DNA of 64,000 nt from Nannocystis bainbridge (GCF_028368995.1 NZ_JAQNDL010000001.1:3680001-3744000), one strand, 5' to 3'. Shown: positions 10,463-20,740, numbered from the stretch's first letter. Program-made: numbers and translations. The notes: generated from the letters alone by a model not told the origin.

Positions 10463-12604
10463 ATGGCTGTCGACGTTACCAATCCCACTTCGGTGCTGCA
10501 ATCCAGCGACGCGATCTTCACCCTCGACGTCGGCGGCGCCTCGCTGCGGGTGGTCCGCTTCAGCGGCCGCGAGGCGATCTCGAGTCCGTTCGAGTTCCGC
10601 ATCGAGGTCGCCGGCATCGACCTCGACACCGAGGGCGTGCTCGGCCAGACGGCGGTGCTCACGATCGAGGGCGCCGAGGCTGCGCGCCACGTGCACGGCA
10701 TCGTCTACGACGCCGAGTACATCGGCCACACCCGCGAGTTCGACCTCTACGAGCTCAAGGTCGGGCCGTCGGCGCACCTGCTGCTGCACCGCAGCGACTG
10801 CCGGATCTTCCAGGACAAGACCACCGAGCAGATCGTCAGCGAGGTGCTGACGCGGGCCGGCCTCGGCAAGGACCGGTTCCGGTTCGCGCTGACGGGCAAG
10901 TACAGCCCGCGCAACTACTGTGTGCAATACCGCGAGACCGACCTCGCCTTCGTCAGCCGCCTGCTCGAGGAGGACGGGATCTGCTACTGGTTCGAGCACG
11001 ACGAGGGCAAGCACGTGTGGGTGATGGCCGACAGCAGCCAGGCCCACCCGGCGATCGCCGGTGACTCGACCGTGTGGTTCAACCCGCCGGACGGCGCGAT
11101 CCAGGACCGCGAGCACGTCAAGGGCTTTCGCTTCGGCGGACGGATCCGCACCGGCACCGTCTCGCTGCGCGACAAGAACCTCCACAAGACCGACCAGAAC
11201 ATGGAGGTCAAGGAGACCGGCAAGGCCAAGCCCGAGCTCGAGGCCTACGACTTCCCCGGCGAATATCAGGACCCCGGCCGCGCCGGCCCGCACGAGGGCC
11301 AGATGCTGGCGAAGATCCGGCTCGAGGAGCTGCAGGCCGCGCGGCGCCGCGGCGAGGGCGTCAGCGACTGCCCGCGGCTCACGCCCGGCATGACGATGAC
11401 GCTCGCCGGTCACTCGCAGCAGGAGCTCAACACCCAGTACCGCATCGTCGAGGTCCAGCACCGCGGCGAGCAGCCGCAGGTGCTCGACCACGACGGCCAG
11501 GAGGCCAGCTCGTACGACAACACCTTCGCCGTCACCGAGCTCAAGGTCCAGTTCCGGCCGGCCCGCGTCACCCAGCGGCCGGTGATGCGCGGCCTGCAGT
11601 CGGCGGTGGTCACCGGGCCCGAGGGCGAGGAGGTCCACGTCGACAAGTACGGCCGCGTGCGCATCCAGTTCCACTGGGACCGCGAGGGCGCGTTCGACGA
11701 CACCAGCACCTGCTGGTGCCGCGTCAGCCAGCTGTGGGCCGGCAACGGCTGGGGCGCGATGTTCATCCCGCGCATCGGTCACGAGGTGTTGGTCGATTTC
11801 CTCGAGGGCGACCCCGACCGGCCGATCATCACCGGGCGCATCTACCACGGGCAGAACGAGGTGCCGTACCCGCTGCCCGAGCAGAAGACCAAGAGCACCA
11901 TCAAGTCCGACAGCTCGCTCGGCGGCGGCGGTTACAACGAGTTCCGCTTCGAGGACAAGAAGAAGGAGGAGCAGATCTTCCTCCACGCCGAGCGCAACAT
12001 CGACGTGCGCGTCAACAACGACGCCTTCTCGACGGTGTGGAACAACTCGCACGTGACCGTCGGCCACGACGAGGGCGGCACCGCCGGCGACAGCTTCGTC
12101 CAGCTGTTCCACGACCACCACCTGAAGATCCACCGCAACACCAAGGCCCACCTCGGCGGCGACGTCGAGCTGCTGATCGGCGGCATCGACGGCGTCGGCC
12201 GCCTCGACATGCACACGCTCGGCGACAAGCTCGAGCTGATCGACGGCGACCGCCACGAGCACACCCGCAAGAACACGCTCGAGAAGGTCGACGGGCACGT
12301 CTCGCGGATCGTCGACGGCAACGAGCAGACGACCATCGGCGGCCGCCTGGCGATCGAGGCCGCCGACGAGATCCACCTGCGCTCGAGCAAGATCGTGCTC
12401 GACGCCGGCAGCGGCCTCACGATCCAGGGCCCCGGCGGGTTCATCACCATCAACGCCGGCGGCATCTACATCAAGGGCAACATGGTCTACATCAACAGCG
12501 CCGGCGCGCCGCTGCGCGGGACCGACGCCGCCCCCAACACCGCGAGCGACGCCAACGACGCCGCCCCGACCGCGGCGACGCCGTCCGAGCGCGGCTCGAA
12601 GTGA
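10463..12604 (+). CDS. vgrG: Type VI secretion spike protein VgrG
   Basis: YCVQYRETDLAFVSRLLEEDGI; DKYGRVRIQFHWDR; RVSQLWAGNGWG; IPRIGHEVLVDFLEGDPDRP. Confidence 0.96.
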   Translation: MAVDVTNPTSVLQSSDAIFTLDVGGASLRVVRFSGREAISSPFEFRIEVAGIDLDTEGVLGQTAVLTIEGAEAARHVHGIVYDAEYIGHTREFDLYELKVGPSAHLLLHRSDCRIFQDKTTEQIVSEVLTRAGLGKDRFRFALTGKYSPRNYCVQYRETDLAFVSRLLEEDGICYWFEHDEGKHVWVMADSSQAHPAIAGDSTVWFNPPDGAIQDREHVKGFRFGGRIRTGTVSLRDKNLHKTDQNMEVKETGKAKPELEAYDFPGEYQDPGRAGPHEGQMLAKIRLEELQAARRRGEGVSDCPRLTPGMTMTLAGHSQQELNTQYRIVEVQHRGEQPQVLDHDGQEASSYDNTFAVTELKVQFRPARVTQRPVMRGLQSAVVTGPEGEEVHVDKYGRVRIQFHWDREGAFDDTSTCWCRVSQLWAGNGWGAMFIPRIGHEVLVDFLEGDPDRPIITGRIYHGQNEVPYPLPEQKTKSTIKSDSSLGGGGYNEFRFEDKKKEEQIFLHAERNIDVRVNNDAFSTVWNNSHVTVGHDEGGTAGDSFVQLFHDHHLKIHRNTKAHLGGDVELLIGGIDGVGRLDMHTLGDKLELIDGDRHEHTRKNTLEKVDGHVSRIVDGNEQTTIGGRLAIEAADEIHLRSSKIVLDAGSGLTIQGPGGFITINAGGIYIKGNMVYINSAGAPLRGTDAAPNTASDANDAAPTAATPSERGSK

Positions 12605-12612
12605 GCTGATCG

Positions 12613-12654
12613 CGACGGCCCGCGGCGGCCCGATCGGGTCGCTACCGCGGGCCG
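12613..12654. terminator. GC-rich hairpin between convergent vgrG and LRR genes
   Basis: cggcccgcgg..cccgatcggg..ccgcgggccg inverted repeat; no U-tract. Confidence 0.35.
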
Positions 12655-12671
12655 CGTTCACCCGGCCGGGC

Positions 12672-14276
12672 TCATTCGTCGCCGTCCTGTCGCTCGCTGC
12701 ACACGTCGGGCGCGCCGTGCCGCGTCAGCCAGGCGCACAGCGGCGCGGGATCGGCGAGTCGGCCGTCGCCGGGCCAGCCGTACCAGCGCAGGGTCTTGCC
12801 GTGGTGCAGGCTCACAGCGGCCAGCAGCCCGGCGTCGCGGTGGAGCTCGATCGTCAGGGCGCCGCAGCACATGCAAGAGGTGTCGCTGAGCGACTCGTCG
12901 AGGCGCAGCAGCGGCAACAGCTCGCGCACGGCGGCCGGGTCCTCGTGCACGAAGAAGACCCGCTCGAACGCGGGTCGCCGGTGACACACGCCGCCCGCGC
13001 GCACGACGATGCGGGTCGCGCAGGCGCCGACGTCGGCGAGCTTTTGATCCCAGCGATGATGCACGTCGACCGCGGGCGCGAGCGCGGCGAACTCCTCGAC
13101 GATGGCGTCGTCGAGGCCGGTCGCCATCACCCCGAGGGTGCGCAGCGCGGGCGGCGGCGGCATGGGCAGGCCGGCGATCGGGCTGCCATCGGCGAGCAGC
13201 TCGACGAGCTGCGGGTGACCGGCGAGCGGTGCCAGGCTGGTGACGCCGGTGCGGCCGACGTCGAGCCGGCGCAGCGCCGGCAGGCCGGGGACAAATCCGA
13301 GGTCGGTGAGCTGGCGGCGCCCCGACAGATCGAGGACGCGCAGGCGGGTGAGGTCGCGCAGCCGTTCGAGGTCGTGGACGGGCAGCGAGGCGTCGATCCG
13401 GAGGTGCTCGAGCGTTGCGAGCCGCGCGAGGTCGGCGGCGTCGACCCAGCTCGGCCCGCCTGAGGCGATCTGGGTGACATCGAGGTGGAGGTATCGCAGC
13501 TGCCCCAGGTCCGCGAGATCCGCGAGCACCAGCGGCCCGTCCGCTGTGATCTCGCCGCGCAACAGGCCGAGGAAGTCGCCGAGAGCGACGCCGAGGCGCA
13601 GCCCGTGGAGGCGGGGCGGGAGCCGTAAATTCGGGGCGTGCTGGCCGTCGGCGAGCGTGTAGTCGAGCACCAGCCCCGCGCCGTCGAGTCGCGCGAGCGC
13701 GGCGGCAACGTCGTCGCTCCATGTCCCAAGGGACAGGCCGCGGAGCTGGCGGAGCGTCGCCGTCGGCCGGCCCGGCAGGTCCTCGGCCTGGAGGTGGACG
13801 AGGTGCCGCGCGCCGCCGTCGTACGCCAGCTCGAGGGCGTCGGGGTGGGCGCTGACGGTGAAGTAACTGTAGAGCCCGGGCTGCCCGAGCACCATGCTGG
13901 CGCTGCCCCGGGCGACGGGTTCGTCCGGCGCGAACAGCGGAGACCGCGAGTCGCTGCGAAGGTCGAGGTGAATGATGTCACCCGCTCGCGGGAGGTCGCC
14001 GCCGGCGAGCGAGGTGATGCGAGGATCGACGGACGCGCCGTCGAGCTCGAAGCGGTAGCCGGAGTCGACGGGGGCCGGCTGCTTGCAGCGGTAAAGGAGC
14101 GCGCGCGGCGGGTCGAACGACATCGCGAGCCCGGGCTCGACGTCGGCCGCATCGTGCGGCGGGTCGGTGGGGTCGAGGACGACCTGTCCCAAAGGACCGG
14201 CGATGGCACGCCCAGGGTCCGGGGTGCAGGCGAGCAGCACCGCGAGACCGCCGACGAGCGCGCGCGCACGTCCCAT
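12672..14276 (-). CDS. Leucine-rich-repeat lipoprotein
   Basis: Lipobox AVLLAC; LRRs LTRLRVLDLSG, LPALRRLDVGRTGVTSLAPL; C-terminal CMCCG. Confidence 0.75.
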   Translation of the reverse strand: MGRARALVGGLAVLLACTPDPGRAIAGPLGQVVLDPTDPPHDAADVEPGLAMSFDPPRALLYRCKQPAPVDSGYRFELDGASVDPRITSLAGGDLPRAGDIIHLDLRSDSRSPLFAPDEPVARGSASMVLGQPGLYSYFTVSAHPDALELAYDGGARHLVHLQAEDLPGRPTATLRQLRGLSLGTWSDDVAAALARLDGAGLVLDYTLADGQHAPNLRLPPRLHGLRLGVALGDFLGLLRGEITADGPLVLADLADLGQLRYLHLDVTQIASGGPSWVDAADLARLATLEHLRIDASLPVHDLERLRDLTRLRVLDLSGRRQLTDLGFVPGLPALRRLDVGRTGVTSLAPLAGHPQLVELLADGSPIAGLPMPPPPALRTLGVMATGLDDAIVEEFAALAPAVDVHHRWDQKLADVGACATRIVVRAGGVCHRRPAFERVFFVHEDPAAVRELLPLLRLDESLSDTSCMCCGALTIELHRDAGLLAAVSLHHGKTLRWYGWPGDGRLADPAPLCAWLTRHGAPDVCSERQDGDE

Positions 14277-14486
14277 GTCGCGAGGGTACACGCGAGCGCC
14301 GCGACCCGGTGGGCGAATTACGGGCCCAGGCGCACGCGCGCAGCGATGCGTCTGGCCGAGGCCCCCGCGGAGGATGATCCGCGCCCTCCTGTCGAGCGGG
14401 CTCGGCGGGCGCCAGGTCGCCACGCGACGAGCCTCGCGGCGCCGGTCCGGCTGCTTGTCCGGCGAAGATTGCCTACGATGCCGGCC

Positions 14487-15269
14487 ATGAAGGACAAGGT
14501 CATCGTCATCACTGGCGCGTCGAAGGGGATCGGCGCAGCGCTGGCTCAGCTCTGTCACGCACGCGGGGCCACGGTCGTGCTCGCGGCTCGCGGCGCGGAG
14601 GCGCTGGCGAGCGTCGCCGAGCAGCTCGGCGAGCGCGCGCTCGCGGTCCCCACCGACGTCTCGCGCCAGGCCGACAACGAGCAACTGGTGGCGCGCACCC
14701 TGGCCCAGTTCGGCCGCCTCGACGTGTTCGTCGCCAACGCCGGCCGCGGGATCTCCCGCCCGCCCTCGCAGCTCACCGAGGCCGACGTCGACGACATGAT
14801 CACCACCAACTTCAAGTCGGTGCTCTACGCCGTGCAGGCCGTGCTGCCCCACTTCAAGCAGCGCCAGCGCGGCCAGATCGTCGCCGTGTCGTCGATGCTC
14901 GGACGGATCCCCTTCACCCCGATGCGCAGCGCCTACAGCGCGGCCAAGGCCGCCGTGAACTCGTTGATGGCCAGCGTGCGCATCGAGCTCCGGCCGCAGT
15001 TCCCCGAGATCCACGCGACCACCGTGCTGCCCGGCGTGGTCGCCACCGAGTTCGGCAACAACGCGCTGCACGGCGGCATGGACTCGCGCCAGATCCCCGG
15101 CGCGCAGCCGGTGGCCGAGGTGGCCGAGGTCATCGCCGCCGCGATCGATGCCCCGCGCGCCGAGGTGTTCACCCGCCCCGAGATGCACGCGATGCAGGCC
15201 AAGTTTTACGCGGCCGAGGACATCGCCACGATCGAGGCGACGCTCGGCGGCCCGCCGCCTGGGCGCTGA
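14487..15269 (+). CDS. Short-chain dehydrogenase/reductase
   Basis: TGASKGIG, NAG, YSAAK catalytic motif. Confidence 0.93.
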   Translation: MKDKVIVITGASKGIGAALAQLCHARGATVVLAARGAEALASVAEQLGERALAVPTDVSRQADNEQLVARTLAQFGRLDVFVANAGRGISRPPSQLTEADVDDMITTNFKSVLYAVQAVLPHFKQRQRGQIVAVSSMLGRIPFTPMRSAYSAAKAAVNSLMASVRIELRPQFPEIHATTVLPGVVATEFGNNALHGGMDSRQIPGAQPVAEVAEVIAAAIDAPRAEVFTRPEMHAMQAKFYAAEDIATIEATLGGPPPGR

Positions 15270-15285
15270 GCCGTCGCCGCTCATG

Positions 15286-15355
15286 CGTCTTTAAGGACAT
15301 GTTCTAATCGACATGTCCCAAACGATATGTCCAAATCGACATATCCTCATGAACG
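15286..15355. repeat. Array of five 14-bp palindrome-like units
   Basis: cgtctttaaggaca|tgttctaatcgaca|tgtcccaaacgata|tgtccaaatcgaca|tatcctcatgaacg. Confidence 0.75.
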
Positions 15356-15485
15356 AGTGACTTCGGCCCGCTCGTCCTGAAGCGCGAGCGGCCGGGTTGC
15401 GAAACGTACCGGTCTTCCGTACGACCGCGTCGCGCCAGCCCTGCGCGCCGTACCTCGCGCCGCGAATTCGAGTAAGCTCCGCCGC

Positions 15486-16004
15486 GTGTCCGAGCTGTTC
15501 GCCGCAGCCGTCTCGATCGCCCCGACGCGGCGGCGTCGCTTCCTGTGGGCCGCCTGGTGGACCGCGCCGCCGAGCCGCGAGCCGTTCCGCCGCCCTGACG
15601 CCTCCGAGGGGGGCGCGCGCACCCGCGACGAGGCGCTGCGCCGGGCCGAGAAGGCAGCAGGCCGCGCGCTGGTCCAGATCGAGCCGCTGTGGGCGCGCGC
15701 GTGGGGCCGCGTGCTGATGGGCGAGCCGCCGTTCTCGCCGACGGACAAGGACACCACCACCCACGCCGCGCCGCGAGCGAACCGCGAGCCTGCCCCTGCG
15801 TCGATCTGGCAGCTGCTCAGGCTCACGCCCCACGCGACGGTGCCGGAGATCCGCGCCGCCTTTCGCCAGCGCGCGCTCGTCACTCACCCGGACCGCGGCG
15901 GCGACCCGGAGGCGTTCCGCGCCCTGCGCGAGGCCCACGACGAAGCGCTCGCCCGCCGCGCCCGCGACGGCAAGCGACCGCGCCGCAAACGACCGGCGCC
16001 CTGA
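15486..16004 (+). CDS. J-domain (DnaJ-like) protein
   Basis: C-terminal WQLLRL..EIRAAFRQRALVTHPDRGG (HPD motif). Confidence 0.85.
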   Translation: MSELFAAAVSIAPTRRRRFLWAAWWTAPPSREPFRRPDASEGGARTRDEALRRAEKAAGRALVQIEPLWARAWGRVLMGEPPFSPTDKDTTTHAAPRANREPAPASIWQLLRLTPHATVPEIRAAFRQRALVTHPDRGGDPEAFRALREAHDEALARRARDGKRPRRKRPAP

Positions 16005-16074
16005 CCTCACCGAGGGTGAGCCGCGCCGCGGTCCGCTCGGGTCGTCGTTCGCGCGGTAGAGACCGGCTCCCCGA

Positions 16075-16304
16075 GCGGACCGCCGACGTCGAGGTCTCAT
16101 GCATGTCCTCGAGGACATGCCCTTCAGGACCTGTCCTCTTCGCCATTCGACGTCACTCCTCGTTCACGCGGTTCGCGCGGCGCCCCGACCCGCGAACCGA
16201 GCAGACCGCGGACCACCGACGACGAGGTCGATATATGTCCCCAAGGACATGCCCTTCAAGACCTGTCCTCTTCGCCATTCGACGTCACTCCTCGTTCACG
16301 CGGT
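16075..16304. repeat. Direct duplication (about 132-bp period) covering the HMG-CoA synthase 3' end and a 3-unit palindrome array
   Basis: ggacatgcccttca.gacctgtcctcttcgccattcgacgtcactcctcgttcacgcggt at about 16113 and about 16245. Confidence 0.85.
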
Positions 16305-17763
16305 AGTGCGGCACCCCGACGTCCTGCCAGCTCTTGTCGTAGCGCACGCCACGACCCGCGATCGCAAACGGCCGCGGCGCATGCAGCTCGCGCACCGGGG
16401 CGCGGCGCTCGTGCAGCGCCTCGTAGTCCTCGCGGCAGACATCGATCGCCCCGGCCAGCGCACCCGCCAGGTCGCTGCGCCCCGCCGCCTCGCGCCAGCC
16501 CGGCGTCACGCGGCCGCGCCACACCTCGGCCGCGTCGCCGCTGCCGTAACCGATCAGCGTCACGGCGGCGCCCTCCCACGCCAGCCCGCGCGCGTGCGCG
16601 TCGGCGAAGGCCGCGGCGATCCACGCCGGCAGCGACGCCGTGTAGAGGTTGCCGAGCTGCCTCACCAGGGTGCGACCGGGCTGCGTCGCCGCCAGCACGC
16701 GCGCGAACGCCGGCTCGCCCTGGACGTGGCGCGCGACCGCCTGGGTGCGCGCGAGCGGATCGAACTCCCCCCCCTGCGCGCGCACACCGTCCCGCGCATG
16801 GACATCGGCGGCCAGCTCGGCGATCAGCGCGTCGAAGCTCACGTCGGCGGCGAGGCACGCGGCGGCCAGCGCCTCGCGATCACCGGCGCGGACGCAGGCC
16901 CACACCCACGCCGCGCCGAGGGCCGCGACCGGCATGCGATCGTACGGCCGGTGCAGCAGCAGCGCCGCGGGCTCGGCCAGCAGCGCCCGGGGATCGCCGC
17001 CGCCGCGCGCGTAGGCCGAATCGAGCGCGCGCACCACCGCCTCGACGTAGCAGACCGTCGAGTACTTGCCGTTGAACACCGGGAAGTCGCGCTCGCCGCG
17101 GCAGCCGTCCGGGTACTCGCGCATGAAGTGGCGCGCGACCGGCTTGCGAAAGTCCCAGCCGCGCTCGTCCGACGAGCTGCCCGCGGCCCGCAGGTCGAGC
17201 GCGAGCAGCCGCGCCCGCGGCTCGACCAGCATCGCCACCGCGCCCGCGCCCTGGGTCGGCTCGCCCGAGCTGCCGCGCTCGTACTGGGCGATGTCGGCGG
17301 CCACCACGATCGCCACCCGCTCGGCCCCGTCGGTCTGCACGTAGCGCAGCGCCGCCTTGAGCGCATACATCCCGCCGAGACAGGCGTGCTTGACCTCCGG
17401 CACCTCGACATCGCGCGGCAGCGGCGCCCGCCCCTCGCGGCGCAGCGCGTCGTCGACCATGCCGCGCACGATCACCGCGCCGACCGCGTTGTCGACGCTC
17501 GACTCGGTGCCGAGCGCGAGCATGCCGACCCGCGCAGGATCGACGTCGTGCTGCCGCAAGAGCCGCAGCACCGCCGCCGCCGCCATCGTATAGACGTCCT
17601 CGTCGGGCTGCGGCACGCGGAACGCGTCGCCCACCACCGCCGCCAGCTTGCCCGGATCGGCGCCCGTCCACTCGGCGAACGCGGCCAGCGGGACGCGCGG
17701 CCGCGGTACGTACAACGAGAGCCCCGAGAGGCCCGGATTCGCGGGTGCAAGGACATCGGACAT
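16285..17763 (-). CDS. mvaS: Hydroxymethylglutaryl-CoA synthase family protein
   Basis: GTES (Glu), EVKHACLGG (Cys), EPTQGAGAVAML, LLHRPY (His), GNLYTASL, GYGSG. Confidence 0.85.
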   Translation of the reverse strand: MSDVLAPANPGLSGLSLYVPRPRVPLAAFAEWTGADPGKLAAVVGDAFRVPQPDEDVYTMAAAAVLRLLRQHDVDPARVGMLALGTESSVDNAVGAVIVRGMVDDALRREGRAPLPRDVEVPEVKHACLGGMYALKAALRYVQTDGAERVAIVVAADIAQYERGSSGEPTQGAGAVAMLVEPRARLLALDLRAAGSSSDERGWDFRKPVARHFMREYPDGCRGERDFPVFNGKYSTVCYVEAVVRALDSAYARGGGDPRALLAEPAALLLHRPYDRMPVAALGAAWVWACVRAGDREALAAACLAADVSFDALIAELAADVHARDGVRAQGGEFDPLARTQAVARHVQGEPAFARVLAATQPGRTLVRQLGNLYTASLPAWIAAAFADAHARGLAWEGAAVTLIGYGSGDAAEVWRGRVTPGWREAAGRSDLAGALAGAIDVCREDYEALHERRAPVRELHAPRPFAIAGRGVRYDKSWQDVGVPHYRVNEE

Positions 17764-17907
17764 GGCGCCGACCCTACGCGAATCGCTCGCTCACCCGTGT
17801 GCGCCGCGCCACGGACCATGATTCGCGCGACTCACGACATTGCTCCCGAGGCGGGCGAAACCCCGCGCAGAGGCGGTCCACCCGGGCCCTCGCGCGTTCC
17901 TCGTGAC

Positions 17908-18290
17908 TGCCGCGATTCACGGAGATGCGGCGATGACGCTCGTTCGCCTGTCATCTCGCGCTACCGTTGTTCGCGCGATCTTCGACGTGCCGCGATTTGC
18001 GGCGATGCGTTGATGACGCTCGTTCGCGCCTGCCATCACGCGCCACCGGTGTTCGCGCGATCTTCGACGTGCCGCGATTCGCGGCGATGCAGCGATGCAT
18101 TGCGCTCGCGCCGTCATCACGCGCTACCGATCTCCGCCCGATCTGCGGCGCTGCCGCGATTCGCTGCGATGCGGGATGATGCCCGCTCGCGCCCATCATC
18201 ACGCCCTACCGATCTCCGCGCGATCTTCGACGCAGCCGCTATTTGCTGCGATGCGGCGATGACGCCCGATCGCGTCCGCGATCAGGCGGC
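17908..18290. repeat. Degenerate tandem repeat, 80-82-bp period, about 4.5 copies
   Basis: Units start (t/a)gccgc.att at 17908, 17988, 18070, 18152, 18234; shared gcgatgc..gatgacgc..tcgcgcgatcttcgacg. Confidence 0.85.
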
Positions 18291-18456
18291 GTCGACTCGC
18301 GCATGTGATTCATGCATGCACGCTCCGCCTGATGTCGCGCGATCGCCACTGCGATGAATCATAGCGACGGCGCGCCGCTGCGATGATTGCCGCAGCGGGC
18401 CGCGGGCCCGGGCGCTCGTCGCTTTGCTTTCACGGGTCCATGTGGTCTGCTCCGTC

Positions 18457-20340
18457 ATGCCCATTCGCAGCGCGCTCCCGACTTCCTTGGCCTTGCTGGT
18501 CGCCTGCGGCGACGCGGCCGTGACGACCACCGAGACCGGCACCGGCACCGACACCTCGAGCGGCACCACCGACGGCACTGACGCGACGACCGCGATCACC
18601 GGGACCACCGTCACGCCGACCACCGGCGAGCCGACGACCACCACCGGTGATACCGCCACGACCACCACCGGTGACTCGACCACCACCGAAGACACCGCCA
18701 CGACCACCGGCGAGCCGGTCGACACCACGACCACGACCTCGACCTCGACCGGCCCCGACACCACCACCGATCCGGGTGAGACCACCACCACCGGCGACCT
18801 GCCGCCGGACCTCGACGCGCTGCTGGTCGGCCTCGACGGCGGCGTGCGGCTCGACTGGCTCGGCGAGGGTGACGGCGGCATCGAGCACAGCACCTACTGG
18901 GCGCTCGTGAAGGGCAGCGCCGAGTACAACGCCCTGCCGCCGGCCGAGCAGAAGAAGGTCGACCTGATGAAGGCCAGCGTGCTGCACAGCGCGCAGCGGG
19001 TGCCCACCAGCCAGACCCCGGGAGTCGAGATCACCGGCGCGTTGACGATCGACGCGCGCACGCAGGAGATCGTGCTGGCAGTGCCGACCGACTACAACGG
19101 GCGGCTGGTGGTGCTCGGCACCCCGGGCACGCGCGACCAGTGGTCGAGCCATGGCGTGCTGCTCTCGTGGCTGGTGGCTCGCGGCTACGCGGTGGTCGTC
19201 GGCAACAAGGGCATGACCAATGGCGGCGTCGACGGCAACGCGACCATGCTCAACAAGCAGCACCCGTCGCAGCACTGGGGCGCCATGCTGATCGACCTCG
19301 GGCAGTGGGCCGGCGACCGCCTGACCGCCGCGCATGGTGAAGCGCCCACGGCGATCTACGCCGCCGGCCTGTCGAACGGCGCCTACCAGGTCCGCCGCGC
19401 GCTCGAGCTCGATCGCCTGCGCGTGCTGGAGGGCGAGGCTGCCGTGTTCGCCGGCGGACTCGACTGGGCCGGCGTCTACTGGCCCGACGCGCGCGTGCTC
19501 GACACCGACGCCGACGACACCGTCACGCCGGCCGAGCTGGCCGCCGGCGACCACCTCATCCGCACCAACGAGGCCGCCGCCATGACCATGCGCTACGCCT
19601 ACGATCCGCAGACCGAGACCACCCCCGCCAACTACGCCCAGATCCCGCCCTACCCGAACGCCCAGGCTGCCATGCAGGCCGGCGGCTTCGACCCGGCCTC
19701 GGCGCCGATCTGGGGCGCCTACAACACCGCCTTCGACTACCTCAAGGGCTTCGGCCTGCCGCAGTTCAAGGGCGTCGGCTACTACAACTTCACCGGCTAC
19801 GTGTTCCGCGCCGAGCTGATGGGCCACGACGCTACCGAGGCCGCCGCCTACTCCTGCTACACCGGCCCCAACGACGCGCCGCCGGCCATGTACGCCTGGC
19901 TCGCGCAGGCGCAGGACGCCGGCTTCACCGCCGAACACGTGACGTGGGCCCTCGCCAACGCGACCACCGGCGAGTTCTCGGTCCCGCTGATCAGCGTGCA
20001 CGGCGACGCCGACGGCCTCAACGCATTCGCCGTGCACGCGCAGAGCTACCGCGCCGCGGTGGCGGCCTTCGGCACCCCGTCGCAGCACCGCCTCTACGTC
20101 GTGTCGCACGGCGGTCACGTCGACGCGCACAGCGACGGCCTCGGCCTCGACTTCGATTTCGACGGCACGATCGGCGAGGAGGGCGCAGCCGACCGCTTCG
20201 TGTTGATGCAGCCCTACGCCGAGCGCGCCTTCCTCTACCTGGTCGACTGGGTCGAGAACCAGGTCCCCGCGCCGGCCGGCAAGACGCTGGCGACCGACCC
20301 GGCCAGCGACGTCCTCGACGCCGAGTCGCTGGCGTTCTGA
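18457..20340 (+). CDS. Secreted alpha/beta-hydrolase lipoprotein, 3-hydroxybutyrate-oligomer hydrolase/tannase-like
   Basis: Lipobox LLVAC; Thr-rich stalk; RGYAVVVGNKG; GLSNG nucleophile elbow; PLISVHGDADGL; GGHVD. Confidence 0.65.
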   Translation: MPIRSALPTSLALLVACGDAAVTTTETGTGTDTSSGTTDGTDATTAITGTTVTPTTGEPTTTTGDTATTTTGDSTTTEDTATTTGEPVDTTTTTSTSTGPDTTTDPGETTTTGDLPPDLDALLVGLDGGVRLDWLGEGDGGIEHSTYWALVKGSAEYNALPPAEQKKVDLMKASVLHSAQRVPTSQTPGVEITGALTIDARTQEIVLAVPTDYNGRLVVLGTPGTRDQWSSHGVLLSWLVARGYAVVVGNKGMTNGGVDGNATMLNKQHPSQHWGAMLIDLGQWAGDRLTAAHGEAPTAIYAAGLSNGAYQVRRALELDRLRVLEGEAAVFAGGLDWAGVYWPDARVLDTDADDTVTPAELAAGDHLIRTNEAAAMTMRYAYDPQTETTPANYAQIPPYPNAQAAMQAGGFDPASAPIWGAYNTAFDYLKGFGLPQFKGVGYYNFTGYVFRAELMGHDATEAAAYSCYTGPNDAPPAMYAWLAQAQDAGFTAEHVTWALANATTGEFSVPLISVHGDADGLNAFAVHAQSYRAAVAAFGTPSQHRLYVVSHGGHVDAHSDGLGLDFDFDGTIGEEGAADRFVLMQPYAERAFLYLVDWVENQVPAPAGKTLATDPASDVLDAESLAF

Positions 20341-20440
20341 CAGCAATCTCGCAGCAGCTCGAGCCGCGCTCCGAGCGAGCATCTGCTTCGCCTCGTCCCC
20401 GCCGAAGAGGCGGCAGCCAACGAGACGACTGTCGAGGCCG

Positions 20441-20740
20441 CCCTCGACGAGGCGACCCTCGACGAGGCGACCCTCGACGAGGCGACCCTCGACGAGGCGG
20501 CTCTCGGCGAGGCGACCCTCGACGAGGCGACCCTCGACGAGGCGACCCTCGACGAGGCGACCCTCGACGAGGCGACTCTCGACGAGGCGACCCTCGACGA
20601 GGCGCCCCTCGACAAGACGGCCCTCGACAAGGCGGCCCTCGACGAGGCGACCCTCGACGAGGCGGTCCCCGACGAGGCGACCCTCGACGAGGCGACCCTC
20701 GACGAGGCGACCCTCGACGAGTTGACCCTCGACGAGGCGG
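20441..20740. repeat. 15-bp tandem repeat, about 20 copies (ccctcgacgaggcga)
   Basis: Read directly; each unit contains the mini-palindrome cctcg-a-cgagg; lies between convergent genes. Confidence 0.95.

Noticed and set aside
17908-18290. CRISPR array
   Set aside because: The variable parts are homologous between units and the repeats are degenerate; no cas genes.
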